Position numbers and translations under genes: made by a program | Virus record (IMG/VR): IMGVR_UViG_3300005326_000001 | DNA length: 29,001 bases | Direction: 5' to 3' (one strand) | DNA from: an uncultured virus (IMG/VR IMGVR_UViG_3300005326_000001) | Taxonomy: Duplodnaviria; Heunggongvirae; Uroviricota; Caudoviricetes | Notes under the pieces: model-generated | Told to the model about the DNA's origin: nothing | The model's database searches: none | The model's input: the letters and a program-made list of their open reading frames with translations, nothing else | Shown here: one piece after another, positions 1 through 7,806 of the stretch | Position numbering within the stretch: the first letter of the stretch is position 1 | Layout: every line of letters starts with the position of its first letter

Positions 1-1
1 A

Positions 2-271
2 TTAGTAGTGTATATGCTTTTGTATTTCTTCGGCACTTTCAACTTGCCAAGAATAAAGATTGGCCAATTTAGCCATTTTACCAGATACTATCTTGGCAAA
101 CCTCATATTTTCTTCACAAGCCATACGATGCAATACTTCAACCTGTTCGGGCTTAATGGCAATACTGCCACCCCCCAACAGGGAAATCTCTTTGTTTGCC
201 CATGCGGTCATTTCCCTGTTATGTGCATCTATGAGAGCCTGAATATCTGGGTGAAGCAATGGTGTGAGCAT
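2..271 (-). CDS. hypothetical protein
   Basis: 89 aa ORF, coupled to the upstream ATPase by a TAATG overlap. Confidence 0.6.
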   Translation of the reverse strand: MLTPLLHPDIQALIDAHNREMTAWANKEISLLGGGSIAIKPEQVEVLHRMACEENMRFAKIVSGKMAKLANLYSWQVESAEEIQKHIHY

Positions 272-1545
272 TATTCCTTTATCTCCCCCTCATATATGAA
301 GATCGTTCCATCCTGCTTGGTGTCAGCTACTTTCTCGACCCATATCTGCACCCTGTTCTCCTTCGCCCAGACCTTAACCTTGTCCATGCTTTCGGAATCG
401 AACTTGCCCCCGTCTATTCGGAGAATACGGAACTTGGGATTCTGGGATATGATAATCTGCATCCATGCGATCAGCTTCTCCGAAGAGGACAGATCAGAGA
501 AGGGGATACCCTTAAGGAACAAGGTATCGTCCTCGACCGTGAGACCATCAAGAGAAGCACCCGAAGATTTAAGAATACCCAGTTTATCTTCGGCACACTT
601 CTTTATTGTATCGGTATAAGCCTGTGATTCCTTTTCCTTCTCTGCCAGTTCTTTTCTCTGTCTTTCGGCATCGGCATAGGCACGGGCACTGGCGTTGGTT
701 TGTTCGGCACTATTGATACGTTCGGTCACAGAATTGACTTCTGATATGAGCGCCTGTTTTGTTTCTGGGGCAATAAGTGCCTTGCCCTTAGTTAGGCGTT
801 CATTATCATGCTCAATCTGGTGTTCGCATTCTGCAATCTTCCCCTGTAGGGTTTTGAGTTCGTCCCTCAATCTACCAAGAGAATCTGTCTGTTGTGCTAT
901 CGACAGTATAAGATTAGCCACTTCCTGTTCATACTTCTCGAAAGTCCTAACCTTGCCTTCAGCCTCAGACCGAACATCCAATAACTCACTCACAGAAACT
1001 TCCTCTACCTTTTCTGCGGGTGCACCCGTAAGTTTACCCTTAAGGGAAGTTATCTCCCTGTTTATAACAGTCCTGTCCTCATATGCCTTCTTGGACTTGG
1101 CATCAAGACTGGCTATCTCCTCTGATTTCCCTGTGAACCTTATAAGGTCGGCTATCCTCTCCTTGTCGGACTTGTCGATAAAGGCATCCGAATCCATAGT
1201 GGTACGGGAATAGAAGGAATCAAGAAGAGACTGGGGTGACTTAAACACAGCGCCCTCTTTATTCTTGACCTCCAAGTATTCCCCCTTCTCTGTGAATTTC
1301 TTGGTAACTATGAGGTCTCCAAGATCAAGAAGTATCTGTCCCTGTATCTGTCCCTCTTTTATGGGTTTCTCTGGGCGTTCGTCTTTACCGCCCATAGCCA
1401 CGAAGATAGACCCGATAAGATTTGACTTGCCATGATGATTCTTGCCCGCAATGGTTATCACGTCCTCCGTGGGAACGATAGTGATGTGGCGGATATTACC
1501 GATGTTCTGGACTTCTAACTTAGCTACACGCAATTCTTCTGGCAT
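271..1545 (-). CDS. SMC/RecN/SbcC-like ABC ATPase with central coiled coil (phage recombination/repair ATPase)
   Basis: N-terminal 'LEVQNIGNI', Walker A GKNHHGKS, long coiled coil, signature-like LSSSEK, Walker B-like ILRID. Confidence 0.85.
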   Translation of the reverse strand: MPEELRVAKLEVQNIGNIRHITIVPTEDVITIAGKNHHGKSNLIGSIFVAMGGKDERPEKPIKEGQIQGQILLDLGDLIVTKKFTEKGEYLEVKNKEGAVFKSPQSLLDSFYSRTTMDSDAFIDKSDKERIADLIRFTGKSEEIASLDAKSKKAYEDRTVINREITSLKGKLTGAPAEKVEEVSVSELLDVRSEAEGKVRTFEKYEQEVANLILSIAQQTDSLGRLRDELKTLQGKIAECEHQIEHDNERLTKGKALIAPETKQALISEVNSVTERINSAEQTNASARAYADAERQRKELAEKEKESQAYTDTIKKCAEDKLGILKSSGASLDGLTVEDDTLFLKGIPFSDLSSSEKLIAWMQIIISQNPKFRILRIDGGKFDSESMDKVKVWAKENRVQIWVEKVADTKQDGTIFIYEGEIKE

Positions 1546-1550
1546 TGACC

Positions 1551-1811
1551 CTACTCTCCTTTTGATTGTGATAGAAATTCTCTGCCCGTATCGGTTATCT
1601 TACAAATAATATTATTGTATTGACCAGTTGTTTCAACAAATCCGTGTTTCTTTAATGCCCTCACTGTTGATGCACGTACAGTTTGGTGGTCTGTATGGAA
1701 GAAATAATAATCAGTTGGGTTAAAACTTCCCATATATCCCATATAGAGCAACCATGAATCTGGTTCCGCTAATTTTTTTAGTACCTCAAGTTGTGTCTTG
1801 GATAGTTTCAT
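1551..1811 (-). CDS. small winged-helix-like protein
   Basis: LS..Q.EVL..L at the N-terminus and TVRAL...GFV...KITDTGREFL at the C-terminus, a typical wHTH pattern. Confidence 0.55.
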   Translation of the reverse strand: MKLSKTQLEVLKKLAEPDSWLLYMGYMGSFNPTDYYFFHTDHQTVRASTVRALKKHGFVETTGQYNNIICKITDTGREFLSQSKGE

Positions 1812-2134
1812 TCTCCCGCTACCCTCTTCTCTGATAATCCAGAAGGGTATTCTAATGCGTCTGGATTGTTCATTGCACTGTGAATTTTAAGCCACAACAA
1901 GTCTGGCGATATAGCCCCGAATCTGTCAAACTCCTTGCCGTCCCGAAGTATGATTGTAGTTGGGGCTTCACGTATGCAGAACGCCTGCGCCCAATAGTTC
2001 CCCTCTTTTTCAAGTGCGTCCAGCTTCTTGTATGTGATCAGAAAATTACCCTGACATAACGTCTCCAATACGGGGACAAACACCTTGCACTTCGGGCAAT
2101 CAGCAGTGGTAAAAACAAGGATGAAAACTTTCAT
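1808..2134 (-). CDS. thioredoxin-family protein
   Basis: VFTTADCPKCK (CxxC) and the cis-Pro motif APTTIILRDGKE. Confidence 0.85.
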   Translation of the reverse strand: MKVFILVFTTADCPKCKVFVPVLETLCQGNFLITYKKLDALEKEGNYWAQAFCIREAPTTIILRDGKEFDRFGAISPDLLWLKIHSAMNNPDALEYPSGLSEKRVAGE

Positions 2135-2334
2135 GTTGTCGCTCCTTTTATTTTTCGAATGTCTCGTTCAACTGCATGTATAGTATCCACAATCATTAGT
2201 TCTAACCATTCGCAATGTTCCTCCATGCGTTCTATGCAGTCTTTCTTTGTCCTTAGATTTGTGGCATCTGCAATATCAAAACCAAGCGGGTCTTTATAGT
2301 TCTTTACAAATTCTATGGATTCTTTGACGTTCAT
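2131..2334 (-). CDS. hypothetical protein
   Basis: 67 aa, ATGA overlap with the next gene. Confidence 0.6.
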   Translation of the reverse strand: MNVKESIEFVKNYKDPLGFDIADATNLRTKKDCIERMEEHCEWLELMIVDTIHAVERDIRKIKGATT

Positions 2335-2346
2335 TAGACCGCCTTT

Positions 2347-2640
2347 TTACAGATAAAGTGATGCCCGTTTAACCAAATGACCCGTATCGCACTGCATACA
2401 AGATACGCCACGGGCTGACATATCCACATTGTGGGAACATATAACAGGTGCAGTAGAACGAACTTGTGTAATGTGGGTCTTATCTATCTCCTTTGCTATA
2501 TCGAAGAATGCTGAATGGTCATTGGGACTGTTGGAAAAAAATATTTTGGGCACACCTGAAACAATCTGTATGTTATCCATTAGCTCACCCATCTTTTGCA
2601 TAAGATCATCTTCATCTGGATTATAGTCGTCAGGTTCCAT
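2347..2640 (-). CDS. hypothetical protein
   Basis: 97 aa, AGGAG RBS, lies within the operon. Confidence 0.55.
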   Translation of the reverse strand: MEPDDYNPDEDDLMQKMGELMDNIQIVSGVPKIFFSNSPNDHSAFFDIAKEIDKTHITQVRSTAPVICSHNVDMSARGVSCMQCDTGHLVKRASLYL

Positions 2641-2786
2641 TACTTCTCCTTCCTTCTTTTTTTGTCCCAGTAGGGTGATTTACACTTCGGACACGTTCGT
2701 GGAGGCTTTTCCTGTCGGGCAATCCATTCATGTCCACAGCGTAAACAGAGGCGGGTAATAAGAACGGGTACAGCGGTGTTATTCAT
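2640..2786 (-). CDS. 48-aa Zn-ribbon protein (not in the ORF track)
   Basis: Hand translation MNNTAVPVLITRLCLRCGHEWIARQEKPPRTCPKCKSPYWDKKRRKEK; AGGAG RBS; TAATG coupling. Confidence 0.8.
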   Translation of the reverse strand: MNNTAVPVLITRLCLRCGHEWIARQEKPPRTCPKCKSPYWDKKRRKEK

Positions 2787-2802
2787 ATTTTATTTCTCCT
2801 TT

Positions 2803-2961
2803 TTACCATACGCAATCTTCGGTTATTTCTTTGCATAGGTCAATCAACTTCTGCCTATACCTCTCTTCTGTTTCCGACAATGCCTGGTCGTCTATATTTT
2901 TATAGCAATCTTTCAGGTCGTGATAAGTATTCTCGAATCTACAATAACTCATGTTAGACAT
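2803..2961 (-). CDS. 52-aa phage hypothetical protein (MSNMSYCRFENT type; not in the ORF track)
   Basis: Hand translation MSNMSYCRFENTYHDLKDCYKNIDDQALSETEERYRQKLIDLCKEITEDCVW; AGGAGG RBS. Confidence 0.8.
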   Translation of the reverse strand: MSNMSYCRFENTYHDLKDCYKNIDDQALSETEERYRQKLIDLCKEITEDCVW

Positions 2962-2995
2962 ATTTATTCCTCCTTTTAATTATTTACTCACGTGA

Positions 2996-3265
2996 TCAGT
3001 AACATCCCAGTGCCGATTTGCACCCTGTTTTCTTCCATGCATTATCAGCCAGTTTAATCGGGTCTTCACTCCACACTATATCATTCTCATAACACCACTT
3101 TATAAGTGCGGAACGAAGGGTAGTGCCGTCCTTAGCCCTGAGCATTGGACGTGCCTCAATATCCTTGCTGAACTGGAGAATGCTTATCGCAGCCTCCGCA
3201 TAATACACACCGCCATGCTCGTGATTGGACGGGTGAGAATCGAAATCAATGGAACCAAGTTGCAT
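2996..3265 (-). CDS. hypothetical protein
   Basis: 89 aa, AAGGGGGG RBS. Confidence 0.6.
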   Translation of the reverse strand: MQLGSIDFDSHPSNHEHGGVYYAEAAISILQFSKDIEARPMLRAKDGTTLRSALIKWCYENDIVWSEDPIKLADNAWKKTGCKSALGCY

Positions 3266-3278
3266 ACTAAACCCCCCT

Positions 3279-3512
3279 TTATTTTTCGATTATAAGTTTA
3301 GCGTCAAGCCTCTTGGCTATCTCACCCGCAATATCCCATGGAAGATAGAAATAATAAGGCTTACAGCGCAATAAACCACTGGTCGGGTTACATACATCCA
3401 TGCCACGATAAGAGAATCTGCATACATACCTCTCCTTTTTGCTGGACCCTACCCTTTTGCATAAAGAATAAAAATATGCTTCGGTTAGAGGTTTTTCTAA
3501 ATAGTAACCCAT
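3279..3512 (-). CDS. hypothetical protein
   Basis: Start moved to ATG 3512 (MGYYLEK), which follows an AGGAGG RBS. Confidence 0.6.
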   Translation of the reverse strand: MGYYLEKPLTEAYFYSLCKRVGSSKKERYVCRFSYRGMDVCNPTSGLLRCKPYYFYLPWDIAGEIAKRLDAKLIIEK

Positions 3513-3534
3513 ATAACCTCCTTTTAGTTGGTTA

Positions 3535-4191
3535 TTATTCGGCATCTTCTTCCTTGTCTTCGCCACCCCAAAGGTCTTTAGCGAAATCCCTGTCACCCTC
3601 AACAAAACTCACCCTCTCGCCCCCGCTATATACTGCCGTTCCACAGTTGCTACCCCAATCTTCATCTGCGTATGCATTCTGAATATTCACCTCTGGGAAC
3701 ATTCTTGAGAGTTCAATTAATATCGCATTAGGCACACTCCAAGCTGTGGAAAAGTCAATGTGTATACAGTTGTCATCGCCATACCATTCTGGGGAAATGT
3801 TGTATGCGTCCCATTTTGTTCCCCAAGTTTTGACCCTCCACTCATACCAATCGAAAAACTCATAGCTATAGAAGTTTTGGACAAGGGTTTCAACCTTTTT
3901 CTTATCTGCCTTGTCCTGAAATTTTTCAACCTCTTCCATTTTCTCCTTAAGAACATCAGCTAAAGAGGAATAGGAATAGGGATTAACTGCTTTATAGAAC
4001 CTGCCCAGAACAATCGCTTCGGCAATCTCTTGTTCCCATCCTCCAGACCCGTCATTATTAAGGCTTTCCGGCATTGGGATAATTTGATTAAAACTAAACA
4101 GGGAATCTTCTGTCTTTACAGTCTCCTTGAGTCTTGCAAGAACATCTGGTGAACCAGTAAATGTGAGTTTGTTTAATACATGATTCGGCAT
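3535..4191 (-). CDS. DUF1281/YubB ferredoxin-like domain protein
   Basis: Motifs MPNHV.N, FSFNQIIPMP, DWYEWR...WGTKWDA, FSTAWSVP, YADED.G.NCG. Confidence 0.8.
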   Translation of the reverse strand: MPNHVLNKLTFTGSPDVLARLKETVKTEDSLFSFNQIIPMPESLNNDGSGGWEQEIAEAIVLGRFYKAVNPYSYSSLADVLKEKMEEVEKFQDKADKKKVETLVQNFYSYEFFDWYEWRVKTWGTKWDAYNISPEWYGDDNCIHIDFSTAWSVPNAILIELSRMFPEVNIQNAYADEDWGSNCGTAVYSGGERVSFVEGDRDFAKDLWGGEDKEEDAE

Positions 4192-4484
4192 TACAATAAC
4201 CCCCTTTTATTTGCATTGTTTACACCCGACAGAAACCTCAATTTTTCCTTTAGTGCTTCGATGGCAGCATTGGTTCTTTTTATCTCTTTCTCTGCCCATT
4301 CCGCAGAGGGTCTTTCAACTTTTTCCCAGTAAACAGTCCACCCAGATTCTGAACCACCCTCAGTATCATCCGCCCAAGCTCTTGCTGTCAATTCAGCATC
4401 TTCTTTGGGGTACACTGGGACATAACCCTCACGAGAGCCACCACGGAAGTATTTCTTAACTTTATACCAATGCACTTTAGCCAT
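4191..4484 (-). CDS. hypothetical protein
   Basis: 97 aa, AGGGGG RBS, TAATG coupling. Confidence 0.65.
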   Translation of the reverse strand: MAKVHWYKVKKYFRGGSREGYVPVYPKEDAELTARAWADDTEGGSESGWTVYWEKVERPSAEWAEKEIKRTNAAIEALKEKLRFLSGVNNANKRGLL

Positions 4485-4492
4485 ATAACCCC

Positions 4493-4660
4493 CTATCTTA
4501 GATTATGGCAATCACCATCTATTGCTTCCAATACATGTTCAAGAGCATGGCATCTTTCCGCATGGCACAAAATAGCATTGTGCCTTGTGGCATTAAGCCA
4601 TCTCTCTCGTTCTCTGTCCCTTGCGATAGTAACCACTACTTTCAATTCTTCCATTGTCAT
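4493..4660 (-). CDS. 55-aa hypothetical protein (not in the ORF track)
   Basis: MTMEELKVVVTIARDRERERWLN...; GGAGG RBS; ATGA overlap; fills the gap in the operon. Confidence 0.6.
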   Translation of the reverse strand: MTMEELKVVVTIARDRERERWLNATRHNAILCHAERCHALEHVLEAIDGDCHNLR

Positions 4661-4860
4661 ATAGCCTCCACTGTTCTGACAATCTTGCTGACTCCATACA
4701 GCGAAGACCTTAGGTTTTTTAGAATCTTGGACAGTGCGTTCGCAGTAACAGCACAGTAGATAAACTTCCGTAACCCATCCTTGTCCTCAATCTCAAGGAT
4801 ATACCCATGAACATTGCCAACTCTTTTCTTCTCTTCTTGAATCGTTGTACTTCCAAACAT
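4657..4860 (-). CDS. hypothetical protein
   Basis: 67 aa, AGGGGG RBS. Confidence 0.55.
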   Translation of the reverse strand: MFGSTTIQEEKKRVGNVHGYILEIEDKDGLRKFIYCAVTANALSKILKNLRSSLYGVSKIVRTVEAI

Positions 4861-4871
4861 CGTTAGCCCCC

Positions 4872-5066
4872 TTATTTCAGCTTGTTTACGCCAAGTAAGG
4901 TTTCGAGTTCTTCTGCTGTTTCGGAACAGTTTATATCATTGTTTGAACAGGACATTGTAATCAGGCAACCAACCCTTGCGGGATAGATGACCTGGATATT
5001 GGAAACATTAACCAGCACTTTCTCTGCCGATGTATTGAGTTTGGTAACTTGGATAAAATTAGACAT
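4872..5066 (-). CDS. small beta-rich protein, FlbD/SwrD-like pattern
   Basis: FIQVTKLN....VLVNVSNIQ.I......LITM......CSETAEEL resembles the FlbD-family spacing. Confidence 0.45.
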   Translation of the reverse strand: MSNFIQVTKLNTSAEKVLVNVSNIQVIYPARVGCLITMSCSNNDINCSETAEELETLLGVNKLK

Positions 5067-5094
5067 AGCGCAACTCCTTTTGTTTGTCGGTTTA

Positions 5095-5259
5095 TTAAAG
5101 GTTGCTTGCTATCAAATGAATAGTAAAGATAATGCCAAACACACACAGCACAGACGCTACCAACCATACGTCAAGCGATAAAATAAATACGAATAATACC
5201 CCAAACAGAATCGTACCCAACATTATTCCAGTAGCCTTAAGGTAGCGAAGCATCAGCAT
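5095..5259 (-). CDS. 54-aa two-TM membrane protein (not in the ORF track)
   Basis: MLMLRYLKATGIMLGTILFGVLFVFILSLDVWLVASVLCVFGIIFTIHLIASNL; AGGAGG RBS; first gene after the promoter. Confidence 0.7.
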   Translation of the reverse strand: MLMLRYLKATGIMLGTILFGVLFVFILSLDVWLVASVLCVFGIIFTIHLIASNL

Positions 5260-5295
5260 TAACCCTCCTTTGTTTAGTTAAAGTGTATGGTTATA

Positions 5296-5324
5296 AATAT
5301 ATTCTCTTAGGAATATAAAGTCAA
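5296..5324 (-). promoter_or_regulatory. sigma70-type promoter
   Basis: TTGACT-17 bp-TATATT, with AT-rich upstream sequence AATAATAC. Confidence 0.75.
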
Positions 5325-5461
5325 GTATTATTTTCGTATAACCTATAAATATTTCGTGAGTTATACATAGGGGATCGCACGGGGGGACAAGTCACTAAGG
5401 GGGCAACCCAGACATAATGTACACAAATAAAAATAAGTGGTAACAATTTGTACTGAAAAAT

Positions 5462-5486
5462 AAAAAGCCGGGCGAATAACCCGGCT
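5462..5486 (-). terminator. Rho-independent terminator
   Basis: AGCCGGG/CCCGGCT stem followed by a T-run on the minus strand. Confidence 0.7.
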
Positions 5487-5516
5487 CTGGCAACAAAAGC
5501 GTAAACATAGATAGCT

Positions 5517-5675
5517 TTAATTTTCTTTTGCTTTGCACTCGCACTGATATTGTTTGCATGTTCCACAAATGGGACAGGGGGAACAGTAAAATTCCTTATC
5601 TCCCGGCTTAGACAAATCCAAATTATACCTTTCTGCTTTCTCCCTGCATAAGTCATAACAGCCATCAAATGCCAT
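5517..5675 (-). CDS. Cys-rich small protein (metal-binding)
   Basis: MAFDGCYDLC...CSPCPICGTCKQYQCEC; TAATG coupling to the RHH gene. Confidence 0.6.
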   Translation of the reverse strand: MAFDGCYDLCREKAERYNLDLSKPGDKEFYCSPCPICGTCKQYQCECKAKEN

Positions 5676-5878
5676 TATTTCCCTCCCGTGGTTTTGACGT
5701 GTTCCCTGTGCAACCATCTCACGTAAGCACTCACATTGATTCTCGTAGTTTCCCTGAATCCGGCTTTCCCGGCGGCGGCCTCGAACTCCGCTTTTTCCTC
5801 AGCGGATAGTCGAACCTGGACGTATGGGATAGGAGGATCGATCTTTTTTGCCTTGACGTATAGTATTGGTTTACTCAT
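5675..5878 (-). CDS. ribbon-helix-helix DNA-binding protein (CopG/MobC-like)
   Basis: VQVRLSAEEKAEFEAAA...NVSAYVRWL. Confidence 0.7.
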   Translation of the reverse strand: MSKPILYVKAKKIDPPIPYVQVRLSAEEKAEFEAAAGKAGFRETTRINVSAYVRWLHREHVKTTGGK

Positions 5879-5904
5879 TTGATTCCTCTGGTTTGGTGTG
5901 TATG

Positions 5905-6153
5905 TTAACGCTCATAGCCTAATTTATGAGCTATTTGATTTACCTGCTCCGTTATTTTTTGGGCACGGCGCAGCAAACGATTTAATTTATTCATGTTTCG
6001 TGTCGTTGCCGATAATCTGTGTTCTAAGGGTCCCTCGTTCATCTGGGACGCAAGCGCATAATAATTGAGCCACGCCCTTGTTTCGCTCTTCACCATAGCA
6101 AATAATTCTGGGCTATGCTTCTCTGTAACATTGTTCCATTTACGTGCATTCAT
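5905..6153 (-). CDS. hypothetical protein
   Basis: 82 aa, AGGAGG RBS. Confidence 0.6.
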   Translation of the reverse strand: MNARKWNNVTEKHSPELFAMVKSETRAWLNYYALASQMNEGPLEHRLSATTRNMNKLNRLLRRAQKITEQVNQIAHKLGYER

Positions 6154-6168
6154 TTGTCTTTCCTCCTG

Positions 6169-6444
6169 TTAAATTTCTATTGTTTCGCCAATTTCAATCA
6201 TCATTTTTACAAATTCATCCTCTGTCATGTAATTCGAATCCGCCGGATTAGCCGACCAGTCATTACCAAAATCAGACACATCTACATTCTGCAAAACGGG
6301 AATACCATATTTGCCAGACAAACCAGTTTTGAATACCCCGACCGTACCATCCCCCTGAATGCAAATATCAACCTTGCGCCCATCGGCAATAGTCCTGTAT
6401 GCCTGCCTGTAAACCTGTTCTGTTTGTACGCTGTTCAGTTTCAT
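6169..6444 (-). CDS. hypothetical protein
   Basis: 91 aa, AGGAGG RBS. Confidence 0.65.
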   Translation of the reverse strand: MKLNSVQTEQVYRQAYRTIADGRKVDICIQGDGTVGVFKTGLSGKYGIPVLQNVDVSDFGNDWSANPADSNYMTEDEFVKMMIEIGETIEI

Positions 6445-6471
6445 TTTAATCCTCCTGTTAATTTGTTTTGA

Positions 6472-6744
6472 TTACATCTCCACCAGCTGATCCCCATTCA
6501 CCGCATAAAAGTTACCATCTGAATCGATAATCTCATAACTGTATTCACCGACATTGTGCGCCTGTCTGATTGTAGCCTCCTCTGTCCTGTGTGTTGTGTA
6601 CCCACGTCCACCATAATACGCCGCCAAAACAACCGCAAATCGTTCCCCCTCGCGAAACATGATGTCCCTGTCGTATAGGTCGCTGGCTATATCATGGATT
6701 GATCCGGTGCCAGACATTTTTTGTTTGATTGTGTAAACTTTCAT
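6472..6744 (-). CDS. hypothetical protein
   Basis: 90 aa, GAGG RBS. Confidence 0.65.
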   Translation of the reverse strand: MKVYTIKQKMSGTGSIHDIASDLYDRDIMFREGERFAVVLAAYYGGRGYTTHRTEEATIRQAHNVGEYSYEIIDSDGNFYAVNGDQLVEM

Positions 6745-6751
6745 TTCCTCA

Positions 6752-6795
6752 CTCCTGTTAATTGTTATTTGATTTTGCTAATGTAATCTACTTTT
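6752..6795. repeat. 44-bp exact direct repeat, copy 1
   Basis: ctcctgttaattgttatttgattttgctaatgtaatctactttt, identical to 11497-11540. Confidence 0.95.
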
Positions 6796-7208
6796 GTTCC
6801 ATTACTGAATTTCTTTTTCCTTTTGATCGTTCCGTCAGGCAGATAGAATAAAAACCAGTCGCCCTTTTCCTCGACAACTATATTCTCAAGCTTGAATTCT
6901 TTCGCAACTGGGTAATTTCTCGATCCAGACCATTCTAAAAACTTGACATTGCAGATCCATTTTTCAACGTGAATTTCTTTTTTATAGGCTTTTAATTCCT
7001 CGATTTTCTCATGAGCCTCGGGTAAATAATAATAGTCAGTAGCATTGTACCATGAGCTTGTATGGTGCCATTCGCCGGGAGTCAATAAGGCTTTTATGGC
7101 AACGGCAGAAACACCCAATTTTTTTGCCAATACAGAGGCGGGAAAATAGCCTTGACATTCTGCCTCTCTTGCGTTGTTTGACTTTGAAAAACCGTCGTAA
7201 CCTGCCAT
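6765..7208 (-). CDS. phage/MGE hypothetical protein (SNNA...EWHHTS motif)
   Basis: 147 aa, GGAGG RBS, first gene after a strong promoter. Confidence 0.7.
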   Translation of the reverse strand: MAGYDGFSKSNNAREAECQGYFPASVLAKKLGVSAVAIKALLTPGEWHHTSSWYNATDYYYLPEAHEKIEELKAYKKEIHVEKWICNVKFLEWSGSRNYPVAKEFKLENIVVEEKGDWFLFYLPDGTIKRKKKFSNGTKVDYISKIK

Positions 7209-7255
7209 TTTAAAATCCTCCGTTTGTTTGTTGTTTCCTCAACCTCATTAATATA

Positions 7256-7284
7256 AATATATGCGTTTGCATTGTGTATGTCAA
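7256..7284 (-). promoter_or_regulatory. sigma70-type promoter
   Basis: TTGACA-17 bp-TATATT; flanks AATAATAC and TATA are shared with the 5296-5324 promoter. Confidence 0.8.
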
Positions 7285-7383
7285 GTATTATTTTTATAGT
7301 GGGACAAATCACTCAACATATATAAGATTCTTATGCCATATACCCGCCCAACCCAACCCCCCCAAAAAAACAAAACTCACGTC

Positions 7384-7560
7384 CTTCTCTCTATGCAATC
7401 TCTCTATAACGAAGACTCACGAAAACCAAAACCACTATCTCTATCTCTATTCTCTATCCCTGTCTCTATAAACTATATATATAAGACTAATAACTCTCTA
7501 TAAGGTATCTCTATTCTATTAAGGACTTCTTATTAAGGTATATATAACTCAGTAAGGTAT
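7384..7560. repeat. strand-skewed CTCTAT/TAAGGTAT repeat tract
   Basis: Multiple ctctat units; TAAGGTAT at 7501, 7534 and 7553 (variant TAAGGACT at 7520). Confidence 0.7.
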
Positions 7561-7577
7561 AGGTTCTTTGCTTTGTA

Positions 7578-7605
7578 TTGACAAAATTCCAATATGTCTT
7601 ATAAT
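7578..7605 (+). promoter_or_regulatory. sigma70-type promoter for the terS unit
   Basis: TTGACA-16 bp-TATAAT. Confidence 0.7.
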
Positions 7606-7638
7606 AAGGGGGTAACTCTAACGTGGAGGGTACAACAC

Positions 7639-7806
7639 ATGGCTACACCGATTAAACCTACACCAGTGCTATCGTTCAGACAATGGGTATCATTCTGTAA
7701 AAACCTCCAGAAGAACGAAAAACACAAAGAAGAACTAATTGTCCGTCCCATATCCCATGAAACAATAGAACTAATCAGACAAATAGAGAGAGAACACCTT
7801 GCTTAA
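7639..7806 (+). CDS. 55-aa protein, MATPIKPTPVL N-terminus (resembles small GNAT-associated antitoxin-like proteins)
   Basis: GGAGG RBS before ATG 7639; family resemblance is from memory only. Confidence 0.5.
   Translation: MATPIKPTPVLSFRQWVSFCKNLQKNEKHKEELIVRPISHETIELIRQIEREHLA

Noticed and set aside
8..1213. Long plus-strand ORFs 8-619 and 695-1213, and similar antisense ORFs elsewhere (e.g. 19729-20220)
   Set aside because: They shadow well-supported genes on the opposite strand, have no RBS and have unnatural composition.
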